Of a stretch of DNA of 64,000 bases, positions 1 to 11,560 are shown in pieces. Under the pieces are notes generated by a model, which searched no databases, had not been told where the DNA came from, and worked only from the letters and a program-made list of their open reading frames with translations. This DNA comes from Chiloscyllium plagiosum (Eukaryota), in contig NC_057718.1 in NCBI RefSeq assembly GCF_004010195.1, positions 22,356,963 to 22,420,962 on the forward strand, read 5' to 3'. A program made the translations under genes and the position numbers. The stretch's first letter is position 1. Each line of letters starts with the position of its first letter.

Positions 1-809
1 TTAACCAAACCCTCAATTTCTTTAGTCACCCAGCATTCCCTATACCTACCAGCCTTCCCTTTCACCCTGACAGGAATATACATTCTCTGGATTCTTGTTA
101 TCTCATTTCTGAAGGCTTTTCCAGCCATCCCTTTACCTGCGAACATCTGCCTCCAAGGTCTTCAAACCTTTTGATTTACTAGATTTTCCAGGGCTACTGA
201 TTGCACCCACTGCAGCATTGCACTCATGAGTGAGAATTGTATGCCCTTAACACAAGCTTGGGCATGGGAGGATGGGTGATAAAATTGGTGGAATTCCTGG
301 GATGCCAATTAATGGACTCTTAAGCATCTCTTCCAAGATTGGTCCTGTTGCCATCTGCAGAGTGCACCCAATAAAACTTTCTGGGCTCCCGACGAGCTCA
401 GAGATGGGGTTTCTCATGATCAGGCATTCTTTGTCATACAATAGACTCCCACTTTTGCAAGGGCTACTGCTGCTGGAAGACCCCATCTCCACTAACATAT
501 TAGTTCTGCCTTAGGTTCACTGATGCCAGGCCCTAAATGCTGTTTATTCCAGGCCTCTATGCAGACTACTGGGCCCGGGCCTGATTGGCACGTTCTAATT
601 TGAAGATGGGATATCCCATATGTAGCCTTGATTTCAGGTAACTAATTGCCTGGATAGTACAAAATTCGGTTGTGACTTCCAGGGCTGAGGGAGGTGAGTT
701 TCCCTGGACTTACTGATTGTTGACCTCTAAATGTTAATCTTCATGTTTATATGTACCACGGAGTCTGCAATTCAATATGTATGCAGTTAGTTTCCAATGA
801 TAGGCATAG

Positions 810-1006
810 AGCTTAAAAATGTGTTGCTGGAAAAGCGCAGCAGGTCAGGCAGCATCAAAGGAGAAGGAGAAGATTGCAGGTCAAGAAGGCTGTGCTGAGT
901 CTGAGGGCTGGGACTGAGAAAAGATGGGGAGGGGAAATGAGGAAGCTGGAGAAATCCGCATTCATCCCCTGTGGCTGGAGGGTTCCTAGGCGGAAGATGA
1001 GTCGCT
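810..1006 (-). mobile_element. Penelope-like element 3' fragment, internally deleted
   Basis: The minus strand gives the GIY-YIG C-terminus (RLIFRLGTLQPQGMNADF) joined to the terminal repeat ...gatgctgcctgacctgctgcgcttttccagcaacacatt. Flanked by an imperfect 13-bp duplication, atgataggcatag (797-809) and atgatcggcacag (1007-1019). Confidence 0.75.
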
Positions 1007-3044
1007 ATGATCGGCACAGTTTACTTGCACATGAATTCTCAATGTTCCAGGAGCTACCATGGTGTTTCCTTATGTCACACAGTCCATCATCCCAACTTGA
1101 TTGCAACAGTAGAGATAAGAGACAAAATGACTGTTGGGTGGTAAGGTGACTCTTGTGACTCCCTCTCATAGGATCATCAATGCAACAGAAAAGCAGTGAA
1201 ATAAAACATGCTGACAGACATGGATCAGAATTGGGTAAACCTCAAAAGCCGTCTTTGGTGCCTATATAATATTTAGGCTGCATTACATTGTGTGACAACA
1301 CTTTTGCTCAAAGTATGTAGTATGTTGTATTTTTGTGGTTTTGGAAATTAGGAAAAAATTGATGGCAGAGTGTAATTGTTGTCCTGAAGTTTTGATGATG
1401 CCACTGTCAATGTTCTAGTTCTGACCCATGAAGAATAGGGAAGCATGTATGTTGCCAATAACACTTGAGAAAACCTTCAGTTGTGCATTTTCAAAGATCA
1501 GTTACTTGGAAATCCCATGGATTCACTTAATTATCTCATGAGGTTCTCCATTCTGGTACATCCAATTCTATTTCTGATGGAGGGTTTAAGTGTTGCCATG
1601 ATCCGTGACTTTTATTTCTCACTATTTCATGTTCACTGCAAAATACTGAATCAAGTTTGACTTCCCTGTTGTAACACTGCCTGTCAAGGACAAGATATTG
1701 CCTAAGAAGCCACCTCCCACTTTTGAAAAATCTTTTGATACGTTTCATGGTGAATTCACAAGTATTGTACTTGTGATAGGGAGTTTTATTGATATAGGGA
1801 TTGCTATGGTGTCAGAAGATACAAAATCTATTTTGTTTTATTTCTGCATGTGGGAATCGACTTGTCCTGAAAGGTCTTCCTTACGCCAGTCTGCTTGCAT
1901 GCTTTATTTTTGATTGTTTTATGCTTCATCTGACCCAGAAAACTTGGTGTATCTTTTAATCAATTCCTCCAGACCTGGTAATTGGCCTTTTACTTGCAGT
2001 TTTCAAGCTGCAATGAAGTCCTGTGTGCGCAGGAATTGATTTGTTTCTCTGATGATTGTTTAATACCTGATTGTATTTGTTATTCTTTGGAGAAACCCAA
2101 CTGGATGGACTGTTCCATACTCTCAAATACCTATTTTAACATAACAGTATGATAGAAGAGAAAGAGTCATGAGGAGTCCTACAGCACCACAAAATATTGG
2201 AACCTCTGCTGTGTGAATGCAGGACCATGTACAGAATTGTGAGAGTTTGTTATTTAAGAATCACATTAGAAATCACATTGATTAGAAATAATGGAAGCTT
2301 CTAAGAACCATGAGCAGAACTGCAGGAAAGTTAGATTTCTTTATATTTGATTAAGTACCATACAAAATAGAGCCTTTTTTTTTGCCTCTCTGTTATCATT
2401 TTGAATTAAATTCAATTCTATTCTAAATATCTACGTTTTATTGCACTAACCTGCTACATACCTATGTAATCCTGCCTAATTAGAAAAGCAAACTTCCATT
2501 TGCACTGGCCATGTGAAAAAATATTATGGAGCTTTGGTTACATTTGTTTTGTGGTAATGCTTTCCCTTTTCCTTCATCTCAGAACTCAGATGTTTTGTCA
2601 GCAAAAGATTACAGAAAAACTTAAGAAAAAAAAGGCATGTCTAATTTTAATTCATCAATTCCAACAATTCATCATTCCCAACAATTCTATTCTCTAGCCT
2701 GGTCATGTAGACTAACTGTGGAAAGAACATTCAATTTTGTCTGGATGTAACTTATTGCATTATAGCTATCATTCACAAGATAGACATTGTTATGAAGACT
2801 GTTGAGAGACCTGAGGATATAGATCTTCACCTTGCAAGATGCTAAGATGTTCTGCCTTATCCTTCCCAAGGCCTTATGACATCATCAGATTGGATGCAAC
2901 TTAATGCCAATCTTCTACATTAACCAATCTTCTACAGAACCATTACTAACAAATACATAACCAATTTATCTTTTTGTGTGTTTAATAGCTTATTATGGGA
3001 TGTGTAGTGTTATTAAGGGTAAGATATTTTTCTTATAGGCTAGA

Positions 3045-3320
3045 AATGGGAGTTCAAATCCCACAATGACTGAAAGTTTTAATTGACTGAGAAATAAAAC
3101 TTGGCATTATCAGCATAAACATCCAAGTGGATCTCCAGTTTTCAGGGAAGAAAATCTATTCACCTGCTTCTGCCTCAGAGTGACTACAATGGCACACTAG
3201 TGTGGTTGACTTTTGTTTGTGCTCTGAAATTGCCTGAGAAGCCTCTTAGGTGTGGCAACAAGGGATGGTGATAAATGCTGGCCTTGTCAATGATGCCCTT
3301 ATCCAAAGAATTAATAAATT
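3045..3320 (+). mobile_element. Decayed SINE-like repeat with tRNA-like head and LINE-derived tail; a related 3' piece lies at about 12255-12382
   Basis: B-box-like gttcaaatccc. The tail agggatggtgataaatgctggccttg... is shared with 12255-12382 and, inverted, with the repeats at about 50125 and 61790. Confidence 0.55.
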
Positions 3321-3675
3321 AGATACTGTACTTCATTAATGTACATTGAGGCTCAACAGATGACAGCACTTTAGGATTTAACATTAAGGTCAACCTTATT
3401 GCTCCTCTGTACTGGTGCCAGTGCCCAATTCTCTCCCACGTTTAGATGACCAAAGTGAACATAGTATTCATGTTAAATTCTGACCGCAGCACCGCACAGT
3501 TGCTGTGTGATATCCATTGATTTGTACACTGGCAGATTTAGCACCATGTTTCAGAAATACGTTTGTTTTGTTAACTGCAGAAAAGACAGTCAGTTGAATT
3601 GTCAATTGCTGCAACAGAGAAGTATTGTGCTTTATTTGATTCACTATCCTGAACATTATCATCATTTACTAACAG

Positions 3676-3750
3676 ACAGCTCAAGGTGGAGGCCATCGGA
3701 CCCTCTTGTATGGACATGCAGTGTTGCTCAGGCACTCCTATAGTGGAATG
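3676..3750 (+). CDS. RYR2: RYR2 exon 6-equivalent (75 nt): [25 protein letters not shown]
   Basis: aacag|ACA ... ATG|gtaaga; phase 0/0. Confidence 0.96.
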
Positions 3751-4193
3751 GTAAGAATGACTCATTTACTGTTTTTATTTACCTCATTCACATCAAAGAT
3801 CCTATTATGGTGATCTAATTTTTCCATTCTTACAAAATGTAGCTAAGTAACTTTGTTGAGCCCATTTGCAGGGCATTGCCTGGTCAGGATGCTCTAATGC
3901 ACTAATGTGATGAAACCTTGACTACTTGATATATCCATTGGCATTCATTGTAGCAGTCAATATTCATATGTTGACCAGCAATGTAATAAGAATTCATTTC
4001 AAACCTCATTAAATGTTTTGGTTTACTGAACGCGGAAAACTAAAGCTTGTTTGCCAAAACTTAATTTGCAATAACCAACTTAAATGGACTTTAAATTCCT
4101 TTGAAGCGATCATCTGTTTACTACTGTTTTCTCAGTTAGATTATCACCAGTCTGAGATTTTAACCTGCTGTTGTCCTGCATTTTCTTTCCAAG

Positions 4194-4272
4194 TATCTCT
4201 GTTGTTTGTCCACCTCTCGATCCTCAACAGACAAACTAGCCTTTGATGTTGGATTACAAGAAGATACAACAG
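4194..4272 (+). CDS. RYR2: RYR2 exon 7-equivalent (79 nt): [26 protein letters not shown](G)
   Basis: ttttctttccaag|TAT ... ACAG|gtatgt. Confidence 0.96.
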
Positions 4273-4887
4273 GTATGTTGTGAGGGATGTGTTATCTTTT
4301 CCGTTGTTTTCATCTCTTTCATGTGTCAGGTTCAAGAATTCACCGTTTTTATTTCAGAATGGCTTACTTGGGTAACACAGCAAATATTTATATATCCATG
4401 ATAGATAGATGTGATAATTGTGAACCATTAATTAAATAAGAAAGGTGCTAAGAGAAATGGAAGCAAAATGAGCAGGGATCAATAAAAAAATTGGGTACCA
4501 TACAGACTTTATCCTAAATCAGCTCTGGAAATTCAATAGCTTCGCACACCATTCAGCTACTGGATTGGATGTAGTCATAAGATGATAGTCACCCATTTTA
4601 TAATAGACTGTTCAATGAAAAAAACCCCAAAAATAAAGGTTGTAGAGTAGTTTAAACTTTTGGAGTCTTTTTAAAAATAAAGCGGCATACACTGTATATT
4701 TGCAAGGAATAAAAATTGGATCTGAAATAGGAATAGGAATTAGCTTATTGCATTAAGAGGCAGTTGTATTTGCTTCAAGAGTCTAGTTAGTTAGCAAAAA
4801 TGGCAAGTTAACATTATTTTAGTCTAAAATTCATTTTATATGTATTTCTATAAATTTACAGTTATACTGGCAATATTTATGTGATAA

Positions 4888-5229
<342 letters not shown>

Positions 5230-5559
5230 TAAGTCTCTACCTGGACATGTAGGAATTTTGATGTATTTACAAACTGTACGGTACTTCGAAACTTTGAAAA
5301 AAACTGTGCTTCCAATGGCACTGGTAGTTAAGCTCATGATTAACTAAGCTATATTATCGTTCTGCACTGTTAGTTGATCATTGTGGGCCAGTGATACATA
5401 AGGCCTCAGAAACTCCAGGTTAAAGATGGAAAAATTATTTAGTATTTCTACTCCTGTTAATATCCAGTGGGTCTTGCCAGCTGTCAATATATGTGGTATT
5501 AGGTAAAGACTTTGAGGCTTGCCTTTGAAGTGACTTATATAGGGCAGCCTGCACTTGAA

Positions 5560-5600
5560 GGATTCCTGATGAAGGGCTTTTTCCCGAAACGTCGATTTTC
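5560..5600 (+). ncRNA. Minimal type I hammerhead ribozyme motif, the best-preserved copy in the window
   Basis: CTGATGA (5566-5572), A, GGG-CTTTTT-CCC (stem II), GAAA, CGTC (5590-5593), GA. All core nucleotides are present; stem III is reduced to the palindrome ACGT and stem I is short and imperfect. Confidence 0.65.
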
Positions 5601-5665
5601 CTGCTGTGCTTTTCCAGCACCACTCTAATCTTGACTGTAATCTCCAGCGTGTACAGTACCCACTT
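5561..5665 (+). mobile_element. Short PLE-derived insertion carrying a hammerhead motif
   Basis: Matches the 3' end of the PLE at 9481-9612; exact 12-bp TSD ctgcacttgaag at 5549-5560 and 5666-5677. Confidence 0.85.
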
Positions 5666-6461
5666 CTGCACTTGAAGAATGGCCATTGATGTGAGGATCC
5701 CAAGAGTGACTGATACATTTAAAAACACTAGTTGACTGGAGAAGGAGTGAATAGGGATTTGCAGAGGCAGGAGGGGATTAACAAACATAGGACCAAAGCT
5801 GCTGAAATGCTTTGGGCAGTTAATTTGTAATCATGGCCAGGATACTGTACACAGTGGAGAGTGATAGGTTCCATTTTCATTTTATTTTAATAGAAGCTAG
5901 ATTTCAGTCTGCTAGCTAAATGCGAAAACAATGAACATGTTATTCCTTCCTACTGAGTAACCCTGGGATTCTTAGTCAGCATTGATCCCATTTTTAATGC
6001 ATTATCTGGCTCTATCACAGTGTAACCTGTTCTTTATTACTTCTAACAATGCAGTCATATTTACTTTCTTATGGAGCTCGAATGCATGTGAGGCTGTATG
6101 GAACCCGAATCCCACTTCTGTTCAGACAAAATGAAGAAGGCATTGACTAAATAAACAAGTTAAACTATCTTACTCTTTGGGGGGGTTGGTGTGGACTTGT
6201 TGGGCCAAATGGCCTGTTTCCACACTGTAGGGAATCTATGGTAACTGCTATGGTTGCTGCACAAATGATTGTATTTATCTTATTCAAATGCTTATTCACT
6301 GCATGGTAACAATAAGATCTGGAAGCAGATTTGAATCCTGTAATATTTACACTGTTGAATAGTGTAAAAGCTGTTATAAAACCTCAGTATTCTGTTAAAA
6401 TGTATTTAAGTGTGACCAGGCAGTCATCAGCTGGTGCTGAACTGATTTTGTTCTTTTGCAG

Positions 6462-6561
6462 CATTTGTCATATGGCTGTAGCAGTTTACATGTTGATGCC
6501 GCATTCCAACAAACTCTCTGGAGTGTTGCTCCAATTTGCTCTGGAAGTGAAGTAGCACAAG
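6462..6561 (+). CDS. RYR2: RYR2 exon 9-equivalent (100 nt): HLSYGCSSLHVDAAFQQTLWSVAPICSGSEVAQ(G)
   Basis: ttcttttgcag|CAT ... CAAG|gtaaga. Confidence 0.96.
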
Positions 6562-7110
6562 GTAAGATTGTTTGAGCACCCCTGCAGTAATACTGCTGCA
6601 GTTTTGCTATTAGCTTTGTACTTTGTCAAAGCACTTTGCATGCACATCGTAGGAGTAAATAACTTCACTCATTTCAAAGAGCTAATTTCTACATTAATCC
6701 TTTTTTGTTACCCATCTTGTGATCCTTTTAAATCTTCTGCTACTTTAATTCTCCTTTTCAAGCTTTGCCTCACACAATGTAACCATTCTAGCAAGAGACC
6801 AATTCCACTCACTGCGTACATCTTTATAACTCAACTGAGTATTCAAAGGTGCGTGGTGTCAGCTCTAAGCTGTGATCCCCCAAATTGTTCTTCACCACAA
6901 GGAAATGTAACAACATTCAGGCACTCATCTGCTTCAGGAAACTATGGGGAGGAACTTAAACAGAAGGCGAGATAGTCCCATGTCCGACAGCACATTCATG
7001 CAGCTATATTGTGAGTCAAGGGCTTAATTTAAATGTGGTCTGATAGTGAACTGTTGGTGAACTCTCAGCTGAAAATGCCCCAGTTTACTGTCAGATCTGA
7101 AATTATAGTG

Positions 7111-9612
7111 TGCAGTCCTAGCTCCCAGCCCTGCTGTGTTTTTACCATCCCCCCCCAAGATCTCCCCCTCACTAAGGATGAACAGTCAGTCCTCAGTAAA
7201 GGCCTCACCTTCATCCCTCTACGCTCCCAGATCCATGAGTTCGACACGCATTGCGACATTGAACATTTCTTCCGCCACCTCAGTCTCCAGGCTTACTTTT
7301 TCCATCAAGACCCCCGCCCACCCTCCAAGGACTCCTTCCCACGCCTCCAACACACCCCATCCACCTGGACACCCTGTGCTGGCCTGTAACCTGCCCTCAA
7401 TCTCTTCATTTCCAACTGCTGCTGTGACATTGACCACCTCAAACTGTTCACCCCATCACCCACTCTAACCTCTCACCCTCGCAACATGCAACCCTCCACT
7501 CCTTCTGCCCCACCCCCAGTATCACCATCAAACTAGCAGACAGGGGAGGCACCACGGTAGGTTGCCACATTGATCTGTATATGGCTGAAGCCAGGTGCCA
7601 ACTTGCAGATACCTCCTCCTACTGCCCCCTCGACCATGACCTCACCTCTCAACACCAAACCATTATCTCCCAGACCATCCATAACCTCATCTCTGGGGAT
7701 CTCCCATCTACAGCCTCCAATGTCATAGTCTGGGAACCGTGTACTGCCTGATTCTTCCTCCTACCCAAAATTCACAACCTAACTGCCTCGGTCAACCTAT
7801 TGTCTCAGCCTGCTCCTGTCCCACTGAACTCATTTATGCATATCTTGACACCTTCCTGTCCCCCTTAGTCCACGAGCCCTTCACCTACATTCGAGACACC
7901 ACCCACACCCTTCACCTCCTCCAAGATTTTCATTTCCCTGGCTCCAAATACCTTATCTTCACCTTGGACATCGAGTCCCTGTATACATCTATTCACCATG
8001 ACGAAGGTCTCCAAGCCCTCCGTTTCTTCCTCTCACATCAAGCCAACAGTACCCTTCCACCCGACACCCTCATCCACCTGGCTGAACTGGTCCTCACCCT
8101 CAACACCTTCTCCTTCCAATCCTCCCACTTCCTCTAAACCAAAGGCGTAGCCATGGCACCCACATGGACCAGTCCAACTTCTGCAGCTATGCTAGCACCA
8201 TCACTCACTTTTCCCTCCGCGACATTGATGACTATAGTGATGCTACCTTGTACTCCCACGAGGAAGTTGAACTTCACGAACATCTTCCACCCTGACCTCA
8301 AGTTCACCTGGACCATCTCAGACATCTCCTTCCCCGTGCTGGAACTTTCCATCTCCATTTCCAGTGGCCGACTAAACATGGACATTCACTACAAACCCTT
8401 GACTACCACAGCTTCCTAGATGACACCTCCTCCCACCTTGCCTCCTGCAAAAATGCTATCCCTTATTCCCAATTCCTCCACCTCCATTGCATCTGCCCGC
8501 AGGAGGACCAATTCCACCACAGAACATCCCAGATGGCTTCCTTCATCACTGACCACAATTTCCTCTCCCACATGGTCAACGATGCCCTCCAGGGCATCTC
8601 CTCTACTTCCCTTGAACCCCACCCGTCCGATCGCAACAAGGACAGAACCGCTCTGGTCCTCACCTTCCATCCCACCAACCTCTGGATATGTTGCAACATC
8701 CTCCGCCATTTCTGCCACCAACAAACAGACCCCACCACCAGAGATATACCTCCCTCCCCACCGCTATCTGTATTTCGCAGCAGCCATTCCCTCTTCGACT
8801 CCTTTGTCAGGTCCACACACACCCCCTCCAAACCCACCCTCCTCTCCTGGCATCTTCCCCTGCCACTGCAAGAAGTGCAAAACCTGCACCCGCACCTCCC
8901 CCCTTACCTCCGTCCAAGGCCCTAAAGGATCTGTATTCGACAGAGATTTATCTGTACTTCCATACATGTCATCTACTATATCCGTTGCACCTGATGTGGT
9001 CTACTGTACACTGGGGAGACAGGACGCCAACTTGCAGATCGTTTCAGAGATCGTTTCACTGGGACACCTGCACTAACCAACCCCACCGCCCTGTGGCTGA
9101 ACATTTCAACTCCCCCTCCCACTCTGCCAAGGACATGTAGGTCCTGGGCCTCCTCCATCGCCAAACCTTAACCACCCGACACCTGGAGGAAGAACGCCTC
9201 ATCTTCCGCCTTGGGACACTCCAATCATGAGGGATCAATGTGGATTTCACCAGTTTCCCCATTTCCCCTCCTCCCTCCTTATCCCAGTCCCAACCTTCCA
9301 ACTTGGCACCACCCTCTAGAATGGTCCTACCTGTCCATCTTCCTTCCCACCTATCTACTCCACTCTCCTCTCTGACCTATCACCTTCATCCCCAACTTCA
9401 TCTACCTATCGCATTCCCAACTACCTTCCCCCCAGCCCTACCCCCTCCCATTTATCTCTCAGCCCCCTAGGCCCACAAGCCTCATTCCTGATGAAAGGCT
9501 TATGCTCGAAACATCGACTCTCCTGCTCCTTCGATGATGCCTGATTGGCTGTGCTTTTCCAGTGCCACACCCTTTGACTCTGATCTCCAGCATCTGCAGT
9601 CCTCGCTTACTC
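7111..9612 (+). mobile_element. Penelope-like retroelement (Neptune-like), 5'-truncated and pseudogenised: RT, Cys-rich linker, GIY-YIG endonuclease, 3' terminal repeat
   Basis: Frame-broken segments LSKGLTFIP, LPKIH..GQPIVSACSCPTE, YIRDTTH..FTLDIESLYTSI, GVAM, DIHYKP, linker PCHCKKCKTC, and FICTSIHVIYYIRCT*CGLLYTGETGRQLADRFR..PVAEHFNSPSHS. Multiple stops and frameshifts. Confidence 0.9.
9482..9520 (+). ncRNA. Hammerhead motif in the PLE 3' terminal repeat (partly decayed)
   Basis: CTGATGA (9488-9494), A, AGGC-TTAT-GCTC, GAAA, CATC, GA; stem II is mismatched and CGTC has become CATC. Confidence 0.55.
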
Positions 9613-10379
9613 CTAGAATCCTGCAGATGTCTGAATGCCTTGAGCTATAAATGAGACAGAATCCAGTGAGAGGTCTGGTGAGGCTCATCTTAACCTTGGC
9701 AGCATCTGGCTTTTGCTGAGCAGTGAGTTGAGTTTCTTGCTAGGAAGCAGAGGGTCACAATTAAGGAGTATTATGGCTTCTAAAATGCCTTATTAATGCC
9801 ATAACTTGTCTCGTTTACACTTAGCCTCCTAACGTATGAAACATACCAAACCATCGAGACTTTGAGAATTCCCAGTATGAAAGTTAGATTGGGGGTACCT
9901 GATGATTTCAGCTCAATGCTTGCTTTGAAGGCTGTCCTTGTTGGATTCCAGGCACCATACTCTTAGGGAAAAATCCACGGGTACCAGCCACATCCACACT
10001 GGCAATTTGACACATGCCAGCCTCTATTAGCTGTCATGGCAAATCTCCAGTCCACCTACAGGAACCTTCTACATTTCAATGCTGTACCAAAGTCTGCACT
10101 GACATATATTACTGTAATGCTGCAGTGAGGACACTATGCACTCAGGGACATGCACTCAGACCATGGATTGGATCCGACCATATCTTCAGGTTGTTTGCTT
10201 GCAGTCAGGACATTCACTCACCTGAGCCTTCCTGGATGCTCACAGCATCCCTGTCTTGCATTATCTTTCCAGGTCTTTTCTTTTGGTGCTTTGCCGTCTA
10301 ACCAAGGGATTCCTGGTTCATATTACTCCTCCCTTGTCTTACAGTTTAGAGTAGACACAAAGCCACGGAAGTTTGTCAT

Positions 10380-10698
10380 GATTAGATTAGATTAGATTAC
10401 TTACAGTGTGGAAACAGACCCTTCGGCCCAACAAGTCCACACCGCCCCGCCGAAGCGCAACCCACTCATACCTCTACATGTACCCCTTACCTAACACTAC
10501 GGGCAATTTAGCATGGCCAATTCACCTGACCTGCACATCTTTGGACTGTGGGAGGAAACCGGAGCACCCGGAGGAAACCCACGCAGACACGGGGAGAACG
10601 TGCAAACTCCACACAGTCAGTCGCCTGAGTCGGGAATTGAACCCGGGTCTCTGGCGCTGTGAGGCAGCAGTGCTAACCACTGTGCCACCGTGCCGCCC
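10380..10698 (-). mobile_element. HE1-type (V-SINE) tRNA-derived SINE, full length and young
   Basis: Minus strand begins GGGCGGCACGGTGGCACAGTGGTTAGCACTGCTGCCTCACAGC with A box and B box (GGTTCAATTCC), then the V-domain TGTGGAGTTTGCACGTTCTCCCCGTGTCTGCGTGGG and a (TCTAA)n tail. Confidence 0.9.
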
Positions 10699-10699
10699 A

Positions 10700-11560
10700 C
10701 ATGGTTGTCAGCAGGCCTCACCCAAGTCAAGCAGGATAACAATTGCTTGTGGCCATGGCACAGTAAGTCAAGGGAAGTTCCCAATATCTGACTGGAGGTT
10801 TGGACACGGTCAGTCAGCCATTTAGGTCAGTCGGAGTCAGGATGCTGTCTGCATAAGAGGTGAGGATTTAAATGTTGGGCAGCCCACCCCATTCATCTTC
10901 AGTCTTTCTGCCCTATTGGGGGCTGTTTTCCCTCTGGAATGAGAAAGAGGGCGAGAATCAGGTATTAAGGAAGATGTAAGTGGATGATACAGCTTTTACT
11001 TTTGATGCAGGTGGGTGAGCGAGTGAATAGGCAGCACAGAGTGTATCCTGGGTTGGCAGTGTCAGGAGTTGGGGTAGGAAGATACGGGCAATAGTGAGAG
11101 TGGTAGAATGCGAGCTTTGGTGGGAGGTGGAGTGAGTGTGAAGTAGCAGAGAGAATGTGGTGTCACTTATGCAGGCAGAGTGGGAAGGTCAATGGCCTTC
11201 TACTTAGATTGCTGTGCATTTCTCCAGGTGACTGAGATTGCACTGCTGCCCATTGAAACCTCAAACCAGGCTGGAATAGATTGGTGGCTTGACCCCCACT
11301 GATGGTGTACACTCAGCTTTTAAAGGTGGCATGGGTACAAGGAATGCCTATTTTTCAGCAGATATCCATTGAGTGGCCAGTTGTTCTGGAAACAGTGCAT
11401 GGTAAGATGGTGATCGATGAGGGCACTATAGGGACAGGGTAGTGGCTAATGAGACGAGTTTGTAAGATGTGGTGAGAAATCCTGTTTGGCCTTGCTGTGA
11501 GAATCCCTCCAAAAAACCTGATGCAACTTTGACATAGCTTTAAAAAAGAAAATTCAGCTC
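10700..11560 (-). mobile_element. Decayed PIF/Harbinger DNA transposon with a Myb/SANT-like ORF remnant
   Basis: 11274-11185 (minus) reads PAWFEVSMGSSAISVTWRNAQQSK*KAIDL; TIR-like end aaaattcagctc at about 11549-11560; left boundary uncertain. Confidence 0.55.

Noticed and set aside
1..3675. RYR2 micro-exons 4 (QVDVEKW-like) and 5 (KFMMK-like)
   Set aside because: I found no AG-flanked 15- or 21-nt match with a GT donor by eye; they probably lie upstream of the window or have diverged.
3671..3680. Tandem acceptor cag-a-cag at the exon 6-equivalent
   Set aside because: The downstream AG shifts the frame by 4 nt and there is no evidence it is used.
8420..9140. Long Pro/Ser/Thr-rich ORFs (218 aa, 150 aa) as independent genes
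   Set aside because: They are alternative frames of the C-rich, frameshifted PLE; only short stretches carry real PLE motifs.
10600..10698. tRNA gene
   Set aside because: The A and B boxes belong to the HE1 SINE head, which runs on into the SINE body and tail; no stand-alone cloverleaf.
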